The notes below the pieces were generated by a model that was given only the letters and a program-made list of their open reading frames with translations, was not told the DNA's origin and did not search any database. A stretch of DNA of 64,000 nucleotides from the IMG/VR virus record IMGVR_UViG_3300050821_003907, positions 32,001 through 96,000 of that record; one strand, written 5' to 3'. The position numbers and the translations under genes are program-made. This document shows, one piece after another, positions 44,151 through 53,149 of this stretch; within the stretch, counting starts at the first letter, position 1, and each line of letters starts with the position of its first letter. This DNA is from a virus.

Positions 44151-44963
44151 TTAGCTCACCCCGTTAAGACGTTCAGGGGCGTACAGGCGCAACAATTCTT
44201 CAGCCCACTGCAATTTATCTGCCACACGCTGACCTGGCGGTTGACGGATGCTCCACAATTCTAGGTTTTCAGGGCGATTGTCATCACGTACACCATTAAT
44301 GTGATGGGGTGATTCGTGAGGCAACAGCTCACGCCCTAGAACGCGCATCAGTACTAGGCGATGTTCTCCTACCTTAACTAGGTCACCTTTAGGACCTCGC
44401 CATTGCCAGGTAATGTACCCATCCGATTCCTTAAGCCTAACAGGACAAGGACAGAGTGAAAGTAGTCCCTGGAACGGTCGTTTAGGGACACTAGTAATTT
44501 TCCGTTCACATCCACACCTAGTGTCCTGCACTAGGTATTCGTGCCCACCCTTAAAGTGCCTAAGGTATTTGATTACCCTGAAGTGGCCTACTAGCGTGCC
44601 CTCCTGCCACCGTGGCGGATTAGCAACACGCTTGCGGACGGGACTACATGCAATACAGCACTTGCTTTTTGCTAGTTTAACGGAAGATAGCAAGCGTGTA
44701 TTTTCGTTCCCGCAATCAGGGCACTCTAGGATTACCTTCAAACCTCCGGGACCATCGGGCAACAGCGCTGCTATTACTCGTTGACCATTCAGATACTCAG
44801 GCACGGGACCTAGCGTCAAGTGCAGTCCCAGCTTAGTTGTCCGATGGTACACCGAATTCGTTGTACGTCCTAGTTTTTGCGCCACTTCGGGCACCGTAAG
44901 CCCCGCACTCACCAGCGAATGCAGATGAGCTTCTTCATCAGGGGTCCAGAGCTTGTACGTCAT
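44151..44963 (-). CDS. HNH homing endonuclease-like protein with N-terminal HTH
   Basis: WTPDEEAHL...TVPEVAQKLGRT; EHRLVL...HHINGVRDDNRPENLELW. Confidence 0.88.
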   Translation of the reverse strand: MTYKLWTPDEEAHLHSLVSAGLTVPEVAQKLGRTTNSVYHRTTKLGLHLTLGPVPEYLNGQRVIAALLPDGPGGLKVILECPDCGNENTRLLSSVKLAKSKCCIACSPVRKRVANPPRWQEGTLVGHFRVIKYLRHFKGGHEYLVQDTRCGCERKITSVPKRPFQGLLSLCPCPVRLKESDGYITWQWRGPKGDLVKVGEHRLVLMRVLGRELLPHESPHHINGVRDDNRPENLELWSIRQPPGQRVADKLQWAEELLRLYAPERLNGVS

Positions 44964-44975
44964 AGTGTCATTAGT

Positions 44976-45764
44976 CTACACCTTACGATGAGCCGGAATC
45001 CACTCGCCATTTTCCTCACGGGTAAAGTCTTGCATTAGCTTAGGGACTTCTGTCTTCATGGTTTTCGCGATGGCATCGAATACCAGGCGAATTTCCTCTT
45101 CAGCTCCTGCCGCTGTGCGAACCTCAATAACGTGCCTGAGCGTACGGATGTTGGCTGTCCAGAGAAGAGAAGTGGCTACACCATCAGGCGCAAAACGCCG
45201 CATGAACGAGGTCTTAGCCTTCTTCTCGTGGAATGGAACCCCATCATCGTCCAGCTTGAAGTGCTCGGCCATCCACTTCTGGTGCTTTTCCAGCATGTGC
45301 AGGACCTGAAGAGATTCCTCGTACAGCTCAGGGTCGTCCTTAGCCCATTGCGGCAGCCAGAACGGGATGTCTGTTAGGCGAACGAATCGCATTGACTCCT
45401 GGCTGATAGCGCAGCCAGCGCGATGCCGGACAAGCTCGTGAGTGAAAACACGGCTTACGTTGTGCAAGGCGAATGAGAAATTAGCGTGCTCAACCACGCT
45501 GCCGTGACCGCTCTTGAGGATGTTCTTGAAGTACTCAGCCTTGTCGGTGCGTACCTTGGTGACGTTAGGGTTAAGTCCTGGCTCGAAGGAACGGTAGCAA
45601 AGACGACCACCGAACTCCACCAAGTCCTCAGCATCTGAACCGAACTCATAAAGAGTATCCATCCAGTTTTCGCCACCTACAAGTTCTAGGTAGCGAGCAA
45701 CCTCATCGTAGTCCACCTCAGGCTGGGCAATAAGGAAGACTTCAGGCTCTACGAAACGCGGCAT
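44976..45764 (-). CDS. thyX: Flavin-dependent thymidylate synthase
   Basis: GHGSVVEH, ELVRHRAGCAISQESMRFV (RHRxxxxSxxSxR), AEEEIR; start at ATG 45764 after SD TAGGAG. Confidence 0.95.
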   Translation of the reverse strand: MPRFVEPEVFLIAQPEVDYDEVARYLELVGGENWMDTLYEFGSDAEDLVEFGGRLCYRSFEPGLNPNVTKVRTDKAEYFKNILKSGHGSVVEHANFSFALHNVSRVFTHELVRHRAGCAISQESMRFVRLTDIPFWLPQWAKDDPELYEESLQVLHMLEKHQKWMAEHFKLDDDGVPFHEKKAKTSFMRRFAPDGVATSLLWTANIRTLRHVIEVRTAAGAEEEIRLVFDAIAKTMKTEVPKLMQDFTREENGEWIPAHRKV

Positions 45765-45772
45765 TCTTACTC

Positions 45773-46228
45773 CTAGTAGAGTGGGTCCTTGCAACCGCCG
45801 TCGCGAACGGCGGTGAACAGCATGTGCCCGAGGGCGTCCCTGGCGTCCTTAAACTTAGGACCGAGCGGGAATTGCACAGCCTTAAGCCGGTTGGTAGTAA
45901 GCCAGGGCTTCATCATAGCGGCAGGTCGCGCATGCCATGTGCACCCTGGAGTGTGTGCGAAGTAAGCCTCAACCATGTTGAGCACGAACCTGGCTACTTC
46001 TGCATCCTTGCCTTTACCACCCGCGCCACGACCTGCTACGAACTTCTCGCCTTGAATGAACCATTCATCCTTAGGGAACAAGCGCATAAGACTGCGTACC
46101 TGAAACTCGACAGTAGAGGCGTGACATTGTACGATTCCGTCTATCGCGGGCTTGTCATTATCACCCTTGTGACCCCAGACTAGGCCAGTGGATGGCCCTA
46201 CATCGATACCAAGATATCTAGTTGTCAC
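45773..46228 (-). CDS. RuvC-like Holliday junction resolvase
   Basis: YLGIDVGPSTG, GEKF, DARDALGH. Confidence 0.75.
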   Translation of the reverse strand: MTTRYLGIDVGPSTGLVWGHKGDNDKPAIDGIVQCHASTVEFQVRSLMRLFPKDEWFIQGEKFVAGRGAGGKGKDAEVARFVLNMVEAYFAHTPGCTWHARPAAMMKPWLTTNRLKAVQFPLGPKFKDARDALGHMLFTAVRDGGCKDPLY

Positions 46229-46788
46229 AAAAATACTCCTTGTACAGGCAAAATACTACGTATAAATGGTAGTGCATTATCTCGAAAGTACTCATGACCG
46301 CGAATAGGTTGAAATCCGCAATTCCGCAAAAGTATTTTCATGGTGTCTTCTAGTTGGCGTGCACGCGAAAAGTTCTTGTGAATATATACAATTTCGGTAA
46401 AACCGTCACGCTTATGCGTATTTAGCCTATCGGAACCGTTCCCGCTAGTTATACCGAATTTGACTATCTGAGTGTACGGATTACGCACGACGTAAAAAAC
46501 GTCTGAAGGGGTCCGTATACATTGACTACACAGTCCTTGTCGTCTTTGCAGTACAGAGGGCCGTGGAGAACAAAGGTGCTTATTTGCGCACATAACATCG
46601 TGTGGACTAAGTGCCCCCTTCCATTCCTGATATGCACACGTACCTTGCTGTTCTTTAACTGTTAGGCGAAAAGCCGCTTCAGCTGCAAGGGACGACAATT
46701 TCCTACCCGCAGGAGGAGTTCCTGCAAAAGCTACCCTAATAAGGTCAGGATTCTTAATCACACGCTCAGGTGTCACACAGGACCTCAC
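46225..46788 (-). CDS. GIY-YIG-superfamily (T5orf172-like) endonuclease
   Basis: VFYVVRN...IVKFGITS...RLNTH...ARQLED; AT-rich insert. Confidence 0.65.
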   Translation of the reverse strand: MRSCVTPERVIKNPDLIRVAFAGTPPAGRKLSSLAAEAAFRLTVKEQQGTCAYQEWKGALSPHDVMCANKHLCSPRPSVLQRRQGLCSQCIRTPSDVFYVVRNPYTQIVKFGITSGNGSDRLNTHKRDGFTEIVYIHKNFSRARQLEDTMKILLRNCGFQPIRGHEYFRDNALPFIRSILPVQGVFL

Positions 46789-46805
46789 ACAGTACTAGTT
46801 CGGAC

Positions 46806-48731
46806 CTAATTGACATGTAGCGGCTCCCCACCAAGCAATTCGCGCACAATGCGTGGGTCCTGAATTAGTTCGCTAAGGTTCTGTGCCTTTTCCTTCAAGG
46901 CCATTCGCACCTTGGACTCGATAGTATTTCGGGCCACCACGTCGATGATGTTCACAGGTTCTAGCTGGCCTCTTCTATGTAGTCGGTCCTCAGACTGTGC
47001 GGCCTGCCAGTAAGCCCATGGGCGCTCCAGGAACACCGCAGTATGTGATTTAGTTAGGGTAATACCCACGCCGCCAGCCTGAGTAGTCACGCACATCAGG
47101 TCAAACTGACCGTCTTGGAAGCCCTGACGAGCAGCCGTGCGCTGCTTCTGGGTCTGTCCACCTACGATGTATGCCACACGATAACCCTCGCGCTCAGCGC
47201 GCTTACCAGCTAGTTCCATGAGCTGACGATGAGGACTGAACGTGACAATGGGACTGCCCTGACTGTCGTCCAGGATTTCCATCAGCACGTCTACCTTCCA
47301 AGATGGTTCCTTCATGTCAACGTGGACCTTGGGAATCATCAAACCGAAGGTTTCGCTCTTAGGGCGGTCGTCTAGCTCTTCAGTAATCGTAACGTCGCAT
47401 GCGGCACTTGCTAGCTGAGACAACCGCTGCATCTGCGCTAGCGTAGACATCACTGGCAACGGCTCATCAGAGTCCGGCAAATGCGCAATCATGTCCTTGG
47501 CCATCTCATCGTAAGCAGCACGCCATGCTGGCGGAATGTCCACTACTCGCGTTGAATACGCCTTGGGCGGAAGGTCTGTAAGAACATCAGTTTTGGACAC
47601 GCGCCGCATCGTGCCCTGCATCAGCGTATAGAACTCTTCCTTAGTATGAGGACTAAGTCCGCTGACGATATCCTGGTAATCAGTTGCCACGAAATCCGCG
47701 TAGCGTTCCTTGTAACGGTCCTGGTTCGGGAACGAGCGAGTGTCGATGATTGTCAACCCACGCCAAAAACCCCTGATGTCCCGCGTAATAGGAGTTCCTG
47801 ACATCAAGATAGCGTTGTCCACTACCTTAGCGATACGACCTGCCGCTACTGATTGCTTGGTAGTGGTGTTGCACAGCGAGTGTGCCTCATCGATGACTAT
47901 GCTCTTAGGTGTCAAGTGCATCAGAAGAGGTGGAAGCTGCTTACTGTTCTTGTCTTCCTCTTCAGGAAGATACGCTTTACCGCAGTGCTTACACCTGTCA
48001 GGGAAACCCGCAACGAACTTAAGGTCACGGTTCTTAGTCCAGCGCACTGACTTAGGAGGGTCACACTCACACCACGCTAGGTGCGGGATGTTCATGTCAG
48101 CCCGGAACACGTCATAAGACATGACGTAGATGTTGTAGCGACTGCTAAGCTTTCGCCTGTTACCCCCGCGATACGCGGCCTTTGACCAGCTAGGGAAGCA
48201 TTCTTCTAGCTCTTCCAGCCACGGGTCTACCACAGAAGCAGGGCACACCACGATAGCAGGAAACGGGTCAATACCTTGTTCGCGCATCTCCGCTAGCGTA
48301 AGGAGAGCAGTGCACGTTTTCCCAGTACCCATATCGTCAGCAAAAAAGAACCGACGATTCATAGCACCTACGAAAGCACCTGCCTCCTGGTGCGGCATAG
48401 GTATACGTTCACCTTCGAACGAAGCCTTAAGCGCACCTTCAGTAGTCCCGCGACGAACTACCTCATCAAATATCCACTGGGTAAGTGCCTGGTCAGGCTG
48501 CCACACGTGTCCACGTGCAGGCAGTGCGTTAGCTAGTTGGCTTACAACTGCCCATGTACAAGGAAGAGTAAGCTCTCCGCTGTCATCGCGCGTCTTTTGA
48601 GGGAGCGCAGTAAGCTGCTTGAACGCAGTTACTATCTCCCCCATCTGCCAGTCTAGGCCCTCAACGCTAAGCCTGATGTCATCCCCGTCAAGTCGTCCAT
48701 GGACGACTCCGGGAGCATAACGCGCGTCCAC
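46806..48731 (-). CDS. SNF2-family helicase
   Basis: DDMGTGKT, VCPASV, IDEAH, SGTP, GVGITLT, QSEDRLHRRGQ; GTG start after SD AAGGA. Confidence 0.92.
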   Translation of the reverse strand: MDARYAPGVVHGRLDGDDIRLSVEGLDWQMGEIVTAFKQLTALPQKTRDDSGELTLPCTWAVVSQLANALPARGHVWQPDQALTQWIFDEVVRRGTTEGALKASFEGERIPMPHQEAGAFVGAMNRRFFFADDMGTGKTCTALLTLAEMREQGIDPFPAIVVCPASVVDPWLEELEECFPSWSKAAYRGGNRRKLSSRYNIYVMSYDVFRADMNIPHLAWCECDPPKSVRWTKNRDLKFVAGFPDRCKHCGKAYLPEEEDKNSKQLPPLLMHLTPKSIVIDEAHSLCNTTTKQSVAAGRIAKVVDNAILMSGTPITRDIRGFWRGLTIIDTRSFPNQDRYKERYADFVATDYQDIVSGLSPHTKEEFYTLMQGTMRRVSKTDVLTDLPPKAYSTRVVDIPPAWRAAYDEMAKDMIAHLPDSDEPLPVMSTLAQMQRLSQLASAACDVTITEELDDRPKSETFGLMIPKVHVDMKEPSWKVDVLMEILDDSQGSPIVTFSPHRQLMELAGKRAEREGYRVAYIVGGQTQKQRTAARQGFQDGQFDLMCVTTQAGGVGITLTKSHTAVFLERPWAYWQAAQSEDRLHRRGQLEPVNIIDVVARNTIESKVRMALKEKAQNLSELIQDPRIVRELLGGEPLHVN

Positions 48732-48739
48732 TGCGTTCC

Positions 48740-48898
48740 TTAATCGTCCGCGAAGGTGATGGAAACGTCTTCTACGCAAGCGTTCACGGACAAGTCCCGG
48801 AGCCTGTGATTAATTTCGTCTTCGATTTCCAGTGCAGAAGCACCGTAAGAAGTAACGTCTACCGTAAGCGAGTAGATACCTGTTGAACCTTCAGGCAT
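48740..48898 (-). CDS. Small hypothetical protein (52 aa, not in ORF track)
   Basis: MPEGSTGIYSLTVDV...FADD*. Confidence 0.5.
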   Translation of the reverse strand: MPEGSTGIYSLTVDVTSYGASALEIEDEINHRLRDLSVNACVEDVSITFADD

Positions 48899-48906
48899 GT
48901 CCGTTC

Positions 48907-49080
48907 TCATTGGATGTTACGTCCCCACGTGTAAGCCCAGAAGCAGATGATTGCGTAAGGAATTCCTAGCAGTAGCCACCACCAGTCTTCAGTCCAGCCT
49001 GCGATGCCCGCCCCCAGAATCAGGAGGGCCACCGTGGACCAGACTATCAGGTGAGCTATAACGCCGTCAGATACTTTCAT
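48907..49080 (-). CDS. Small two-helix membrane protein
   Basis: SD AGGGG; hydrophobic, Trp-rich. Confidence 0.55.
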   Translation of the reverse strand: MKVSDGVIAHLIVWSTVALLILGAGIAGWTEDWWWLLLGIPYAIICFWAYTWGRNIQ

Positions 49081-49168
49081 ATTCCCCCTAAGGGGTGAGG
49101 GACACGGTATTAAGCCACTGTCTTTTACATCCGGTCCTGGCACGCCCGGAATCCCTCACCGTTACTTG

Positions 49169-50023
49169 TTACTGACCGCCGTTGAGCTTGGCCAGCATGA
49201 GCTGCTGGGCCTCAGTCAGGTTACTGTCCGGACCCGGCGCAAACGGAGCGCTAGCAACAGGTACAGGCGGGGCAGGTGCAAAAGTCTGCGGAGCCACCGG
49301 AGCAGAAGGAACAGGAGCCGGAGCAGCCGCCACAGGCGGAGCCGTAGGGAGCGGAGCAGCCTGCGGGGCTGCTACCGGAACCTCGACCTGAACCTGAGCG
49401 GGAGTGCCACCCTGCGGCGGGTACAGCGTCACCTGGTAAAGCTTAGTGGCACTGAATCCCGGACGGTTGCTGGCCTTTTCGCCAGCACTCATCATGATGA
49501 TGCGCGTTCCGCCAGTGAGGTCCCGGATTCCGGCAGCCGCCATGGCACGAGCGAACTCGTCCTTAAGCGCTCCCTTAACCCAGATGGTGCCCGCACCATC
49601 GGTGAAGATGGAGCCGTGCGTGCCATCGGAAGAACCCGTAATGGTGACGGGAACGATGAGTACGAACTTCGGGCGACCGTCCTTGTACGCCTGCGGGATG
49701 CCGTTGATGTCCGTCTGCTGACGGGTGTCACTGTGGAGAAGGTCACGGGAAACGACCATGTCAAGCCATGAACCCTGAACCTTCCCGTTGAAGTACTTGG
49801 TGACACCGGCTCCGCCGCCGGTTACGCTAGGCTGGTCCCAGAAGTCTTCCAGGGTGCCGCGAGCGAGAACAGGCTCGGGAGCTGCTGCCTGCTGTACAGG
49901 CTGTGCGAACTGGGGCTGAGGCGCGTACTGAGGCTGAAACTGCGGCTGCTGGAATTGGGCCTGGGGAGCGGCAGGGGCCTGGGGTGCGTAGTACTGGGGC
50001 TGCTGGTACTGGGGCTGGTTCAT
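49169..50023 (-). CDS. ssDNA-binding protein-like
   Basis: Core RQQTDINGIPQAYKDGRPKF.LIV resembles actinophage SSBs; Q/P/A-rich termini. Confidence 0.55.
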   Translation of the reverse strand: MNQPQYQQPQYYAPQAPAAPQAQFQQPQFQPQYAPQPQFAQPVQQAAAPEPVLARGTLEDFWDQPSVTGGGAGVTKYFNGKVQGSWLDMVVSRDLLHSDTRQQTDINGIPQAYKDGRPKFVLIVPVTITGSSDGTHGSIFTDGAGTIWVKGALKDEFARAMAAAGIRDLTGGTRIIMMSAGEKASNRPGFSATKLYQVTLYPPQGGTPAQVQVEVPVAAPQAAPLPTAPPVAAAPAPVPSAPVAPQTFAPAPPVPVASAPFAPGPDSNLTEAQQLMLAKLNGGQ

Positions 50024-50051
50024 TAGATGAACTAATCCTTGTCTTTAGAGT

Positions 50052-50128
50052 GAACTGCGTATGGCGGTCTTACTGCCTCATGCCTTACTGCGTCGGCTTA
50101 ACTGCCTTACTGCGACCTGGCTGACTGG
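50052..50128 (-). repeat. GCAGTAAG direct repeats upstream of the SSB-like gene
   Basis: + strand CTTACTGC at 50069, 50084, 50106, CTTAACTGC at 50097, two degenerate copies. Confidence 0.7.
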
Positions 50129-50237
50129 CTTTTGTACGCGCCTCTTAAGTTGTCCTCAAGGGGTCTCCCTCTTGGGTACTCCATAACTCTACCACGAGGT
50201 TCGGAGTGCTTGTCTCACGTTGTCGAGGTAAAGTACG

Positions 50238-50402
50238 TCACTCGTTGTCAGGATGACGCTTCCTCAGCAGGTAACCGTACTCCCACGAGTTGATGCAGTC
50301 CTGGCAGTCCACGCCGTCAACGACCTGAACCGCGTTCTCCAGGGTGACATCGCGCCCGCAGGCGCTGAAGTCGTTCTTTCGAGTGCGCGCTAGATGCATC
50401 AT
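50238..50402 (-). CDS. Small Zn-finger-like protein (54 aa, not in ORF track)
   Basis: H...C...CQDC. Confidence 0.5.
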   Translation of the reverse strand: MMHLARTRKNDFSACGRDVTLENAVQVVDGVDCQDCINSWEYGYLLRKRHPDNE

Positions 50403-50404
50403 GG

Positions 50405-51058
50405 CTAGTAACCCTTGGCCGCTAGGTACTGCGAGAACTGCACCCAGTTCGAGGCAATCATCTGCTGGGCCGTGGCAAGCGGGACCGCGCCGTCACAGAC
50501 AGCCCTATGTGCCCTGTTCTCTACCGCGTCCTTGTCGTTGTTGACACCGCCATGCTTGTCCGCAGCACCTTTAGGCTCTGGCCACAGGTTCTGCTCTACA
50601 GACGCGCCGCCTAGCTCAAGGGAAACCAGGTGGTCCAGCTCTGTGGTGCTGCCGCTGCCGTCGTAACCGTATGCAGGATAGGCAATGTCATACTTGAACT
50701 TATTAGTAAGCGATGCGGGCGGTCGTACTGATGCACTGTAACCGGGCACGCAAATGGTTTGCTGGATGTTAGCCTGCGTCACATCACTGGCCACTGCGCC
50801 AGGAGTGCACTGACTGTCCGGCAGCGGCTCACCTTGGAACATGCCAAAGTGACAACTACCAGGAGTTACCGGAGTCAGGACGAGAGAGTCCCCGTTACCT
50901 TGCACCGTAACTAGACCTGAAGTAGCTGGAGATGGTGTAGTGGCTGAAGGCACTGGGAGATAAGGCTTAGGGGAATAGTGTTGTGGTGTGTAACCGCAAG
51001 CGCTGAGTGCTATTACGCCTGACGTTAGCAGTATTCCGCCTGCTATCTTTACCTTCAT
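50405..51058 (-). CDS. Lipoprotein with HNH-like domain
   Basis: Signal peptide with LSAC lipobox, P/S/T linker, ELDHLVSLELGG...NLWPE. Confidence 0.72.
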   Translation of the reverse strand: MKVKIAGGILLTSGVIALSACGYTPQHYSPKPYLPVPSATTPSPATSGLVTVQGNGDSLVLTPVTPGSCHFGMFQGEPLPDSQCTPGAVASDVTQANIQQTICVPGYSASVRPPASLTNKFKYDIAYPAYGYDGSGSTTELDHLVSLELGGASVEQNLWPEPKGAADKHGGVNNDKDAVENRAHRAVCDGAVPLATAQQMIASNWVQFSQYLAAKGY

Positions 51059-51903
51059 CCCTTGACCGCCGTTCCGGGGCACCCTACTACTGTCGGGTCA
51101 GAAGCAGCCTGCGGGCGGAACAACGGGCAGTAGAAGCAGTCTTCGTACGAAGGAGTCATGGGCACGTCCCAAATAGACATGCGACCCTCGTTTACCTCTA
51201 CGGCTACAGCTTCGCGAACTTCAGTCTTGGCCAGCACGTCCTTGATTAGCTCGAAATCCTCAGCGGTTATGATGTGCTCCCACACATAGCCTTCTTCAAG
51301 GGAAGACTTGGTGCGCGGCCATGACACGAGGACTACACGGTCAACTCGCTGGCCAAGGTACATGTAACCGATTGCGTACAAGAGCATCTGAATGTAATAA
51401 TGCTGAGGAGGACCGTGTCGTCGCAGCTTGTCACGCGGACCTTCACCCTGGCACTTGTGGTCTACAAGCGAGAACGTGTCGCTGTCGTACAAGTCAGCGG
51501 TACCGGGATGCGATTGCAGCGCGCTAGGGTCAGGGCAGACCCTAGTCTCTGTCTTCCAGCGCTCCCTGTATGCACGCTCAACCAGGTGCTCCTTGTTGTC
51601 CCAGTCAAAAGCCTGCTCAAGGAACGCATGGATGGCAGTGCCGACCATGGAAGCCCACGGGTCAGAGACGTGATTGTCTGAGTGCACCTTGTGACCGGAC
51701 ATCTTGGCGACAAGAAGCCGGTCACACTCATGCCCTAGCTCACTAGGCCCCAAGTGACGCTGAACGTTTCGCGGAAGCCGGTTGGCGTAGTTAACAGCGA
51801 CGCCCTTAAGCTCACGCCAGTATGCTTGCGCCCACATTGAGTTGCCGTTGAGAACGGCTGGCGTAGCGTCTGCGAAAAAAGACGACGGATTCGTGGTCGG
51901 CAT
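51055..51903 (-). CDS. Cas4/AddB-like PD-(D/E)XK exonuclease
   Basis: PSELGHEC, GTAIH, GTADL..VDHK, QMLLY, CFYC..C; TACACT-N7-ATG promoter. Confidence 0.85.
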   Translation of the reverse strand: MPTTNPSSFFADATPAVLNGNSMWAQAYWRELKGVAVNYANRLPRNVQRHLGPSELGHECDRLLVAKMSGHKVHSDNHVSDPWASMVGTAIHAFLEQAFDWDNKEHLVERAYRERWKTETRVCPDPSALQSHPGTADLYDSDTFSLVDHKCQGEGPRDKLRRHGPPQHYYIQMLLYAIGYMYLGQRVDRVVLVSWPRTKSSLEEGYVWEHIITAEDFELIKDVLAKTEVREAVAVEVNEGRMSIWDVPMTPSYEDCFYCPLFRPQAASDPTVVGCPGTAVKG

Positions 51904-51918
51904 GAATGTAAGTGTAAC

Positions 51919-52290
51919 TTACGATTTCGGGTGCTTGCTGACAGGAGACAATGACCACTGACCGTTGCCGGTGCGCTTGTACTCTTCGTACAGGTCAGGG
52001 TGGTCTTCTGCGAAAGACTTCTGCTGGAAGCGGCGAGGATTACTGAAAGTAAGAGCGTAAGCTCCCCACGCACCGTTCGGGTGCGCCGGAATGTCGAACG
52101 CCTTGCCTGGCTGCTGCGGCCAGTTAGCCAGCTCTGCCGTGATGGCGTTCTTGGTTTCGTCTGCGGCAATGTCTGCCGCTGCGGCTTCAGCTTTCTGTGC
52201 GTGGTAGATGGTGAGCAGTGTCGCCAGTCGGCTGTTGCCATCAGGTTCTACTGACACGCGCTCAGGGCGCTCAGGCTGAGGTGTAGTCAT
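51919..52290 (-). CDS. Hypothetical protein
   Basis: 123 aa; FAEDHPDLYEEY. Confidence 0.65.
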   Translation of the reverse strand: MTTPQPERPERVSVEPDGNSRLATLLTIYHAQKAEAAAADIAADETKNAITAELANWPQQPGKAFDIPAHPNGAWGAYALTFSNPRRFQQKSFAEDHPDLYEEYKRTGNGQWSLSPVSKHPKS

Positions 52291-52464
52291 TTACTGCCCG
52301 TCCATGATGTCTCGTTGTGCCCTGTACAACTTCGCGTCCAGCTCACTGTTCTCAGCCCCGAAGGATATAGGGCCGAAACCATCATAAGCCTGCACGTTAA
52401 TGCGCTGACGCAACAGCAGTAGTTCCGCTGAAGTAAGAGGGACGTCGATAGTAGGTTCTGTCAC
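52291..52464 (-). CDS. Small hypothetical protein (57 aa, not in ORF track)
   Basis: GTG overlaps the upstream TGA; SD GGAGG. Confidence 0.5.
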   Translation of the reverse strand: MTEPTIDVPLTSAELLLLRQRINVQAYDGFGPISFGAENSELDAKLYRAQRDIMDGQ

Positions 52465-52820
52465 CTTTCCTCCACGTAGATATCGAAGGTGTTTCCTGAC
52501 CTAGGACGAATGCTGACGAATGAGCTAAGCGCCATTACGTTCAGGTACTTACTGCCATCACGATGCTCGTGAACACGCAGGTTAAGCGCATTCTCGTGCG
52601 TATCGTCACCGAGCTTGAACTTGATGATAGGACTCTTGCCTAGCGGACGCGTAGGGTACGTGCTGTAGTGCTCCACAAAAGTATCTGAGTCATCAGGTCC
52701 TTGCGACAACGTGTCTATATGAGCGTTGAGATTGCTGATGTACATCTGCTGAGTGCGGATGTAACGTTGCGCCCACTTAGGGAGCTTATCTATCTGCTCA
52801 TCTGTAGGTTCCGTGTTCAT
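52461..52820 (-). CDS. Hypothetical protein
   Basis: KLPKWAQRYI motif; SD GAGG. Confidence 0.65.
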   Translation of the reverse strand: MNTEPTDEQIDKLPKWAQRYIRTQQMYISNLNAHIDTLSQGPDDSDTFVEHYSTYPTRPLGKSPIIKFKLGDDTHENALNLRVHEHRDGSKYLNVMALSSFVSIRPRSGNTFDIYVEER

Positions 52821-53020
52821 GCGTTCCTCGGCTTAGAAGGGATGTGCAAAGGTGCCCAGTGAGTGACGCTAGGAAGTACCCTCTCGGTGTTCCAGTGAAC
52901 CCAGTGCTCCCCGTCGTTCATCGCGAGCACCACACGGTCGTAGGTGTAATCCCACACCCAGCACAGCCTCCGCACCGGAGGCGTAACCCCGTCCTTGGCG
53001 TCTCGCCACTCAGTCGTCAT
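52817..53020 (-). CDS. DUF551-like small protein
   Basis: W...PP...VTHWAPL. Confidence 0.55.
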   Translation of the reverse strand: MTTEWRDAKDGVTPPVRRLCWVWDYTYDRVVLAMNDGEHWVHWNTERVLPSVTHWAPLHIPSKPRNA

Positions 53021-53149
53021 CACGCGCTTGTCAACGTTGTCGTCAACGAGAGTATTCCCGGAACTAGACGTGGCCAAATCCCGGTTACAGCCAGCAGAGT
53101 GCTCGCCTTGAGGAGTACCCTGGAGTCTTCCCTACAGGACGGAGCAACG

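Noticed and set aside
52844-53149. N-terminal extension of the primase-helicase ORF in the track
   Set aside because: Overlaps a plausible minus-strand gene; ATG 53150 has an SD and starts at the Prim-Pol domain
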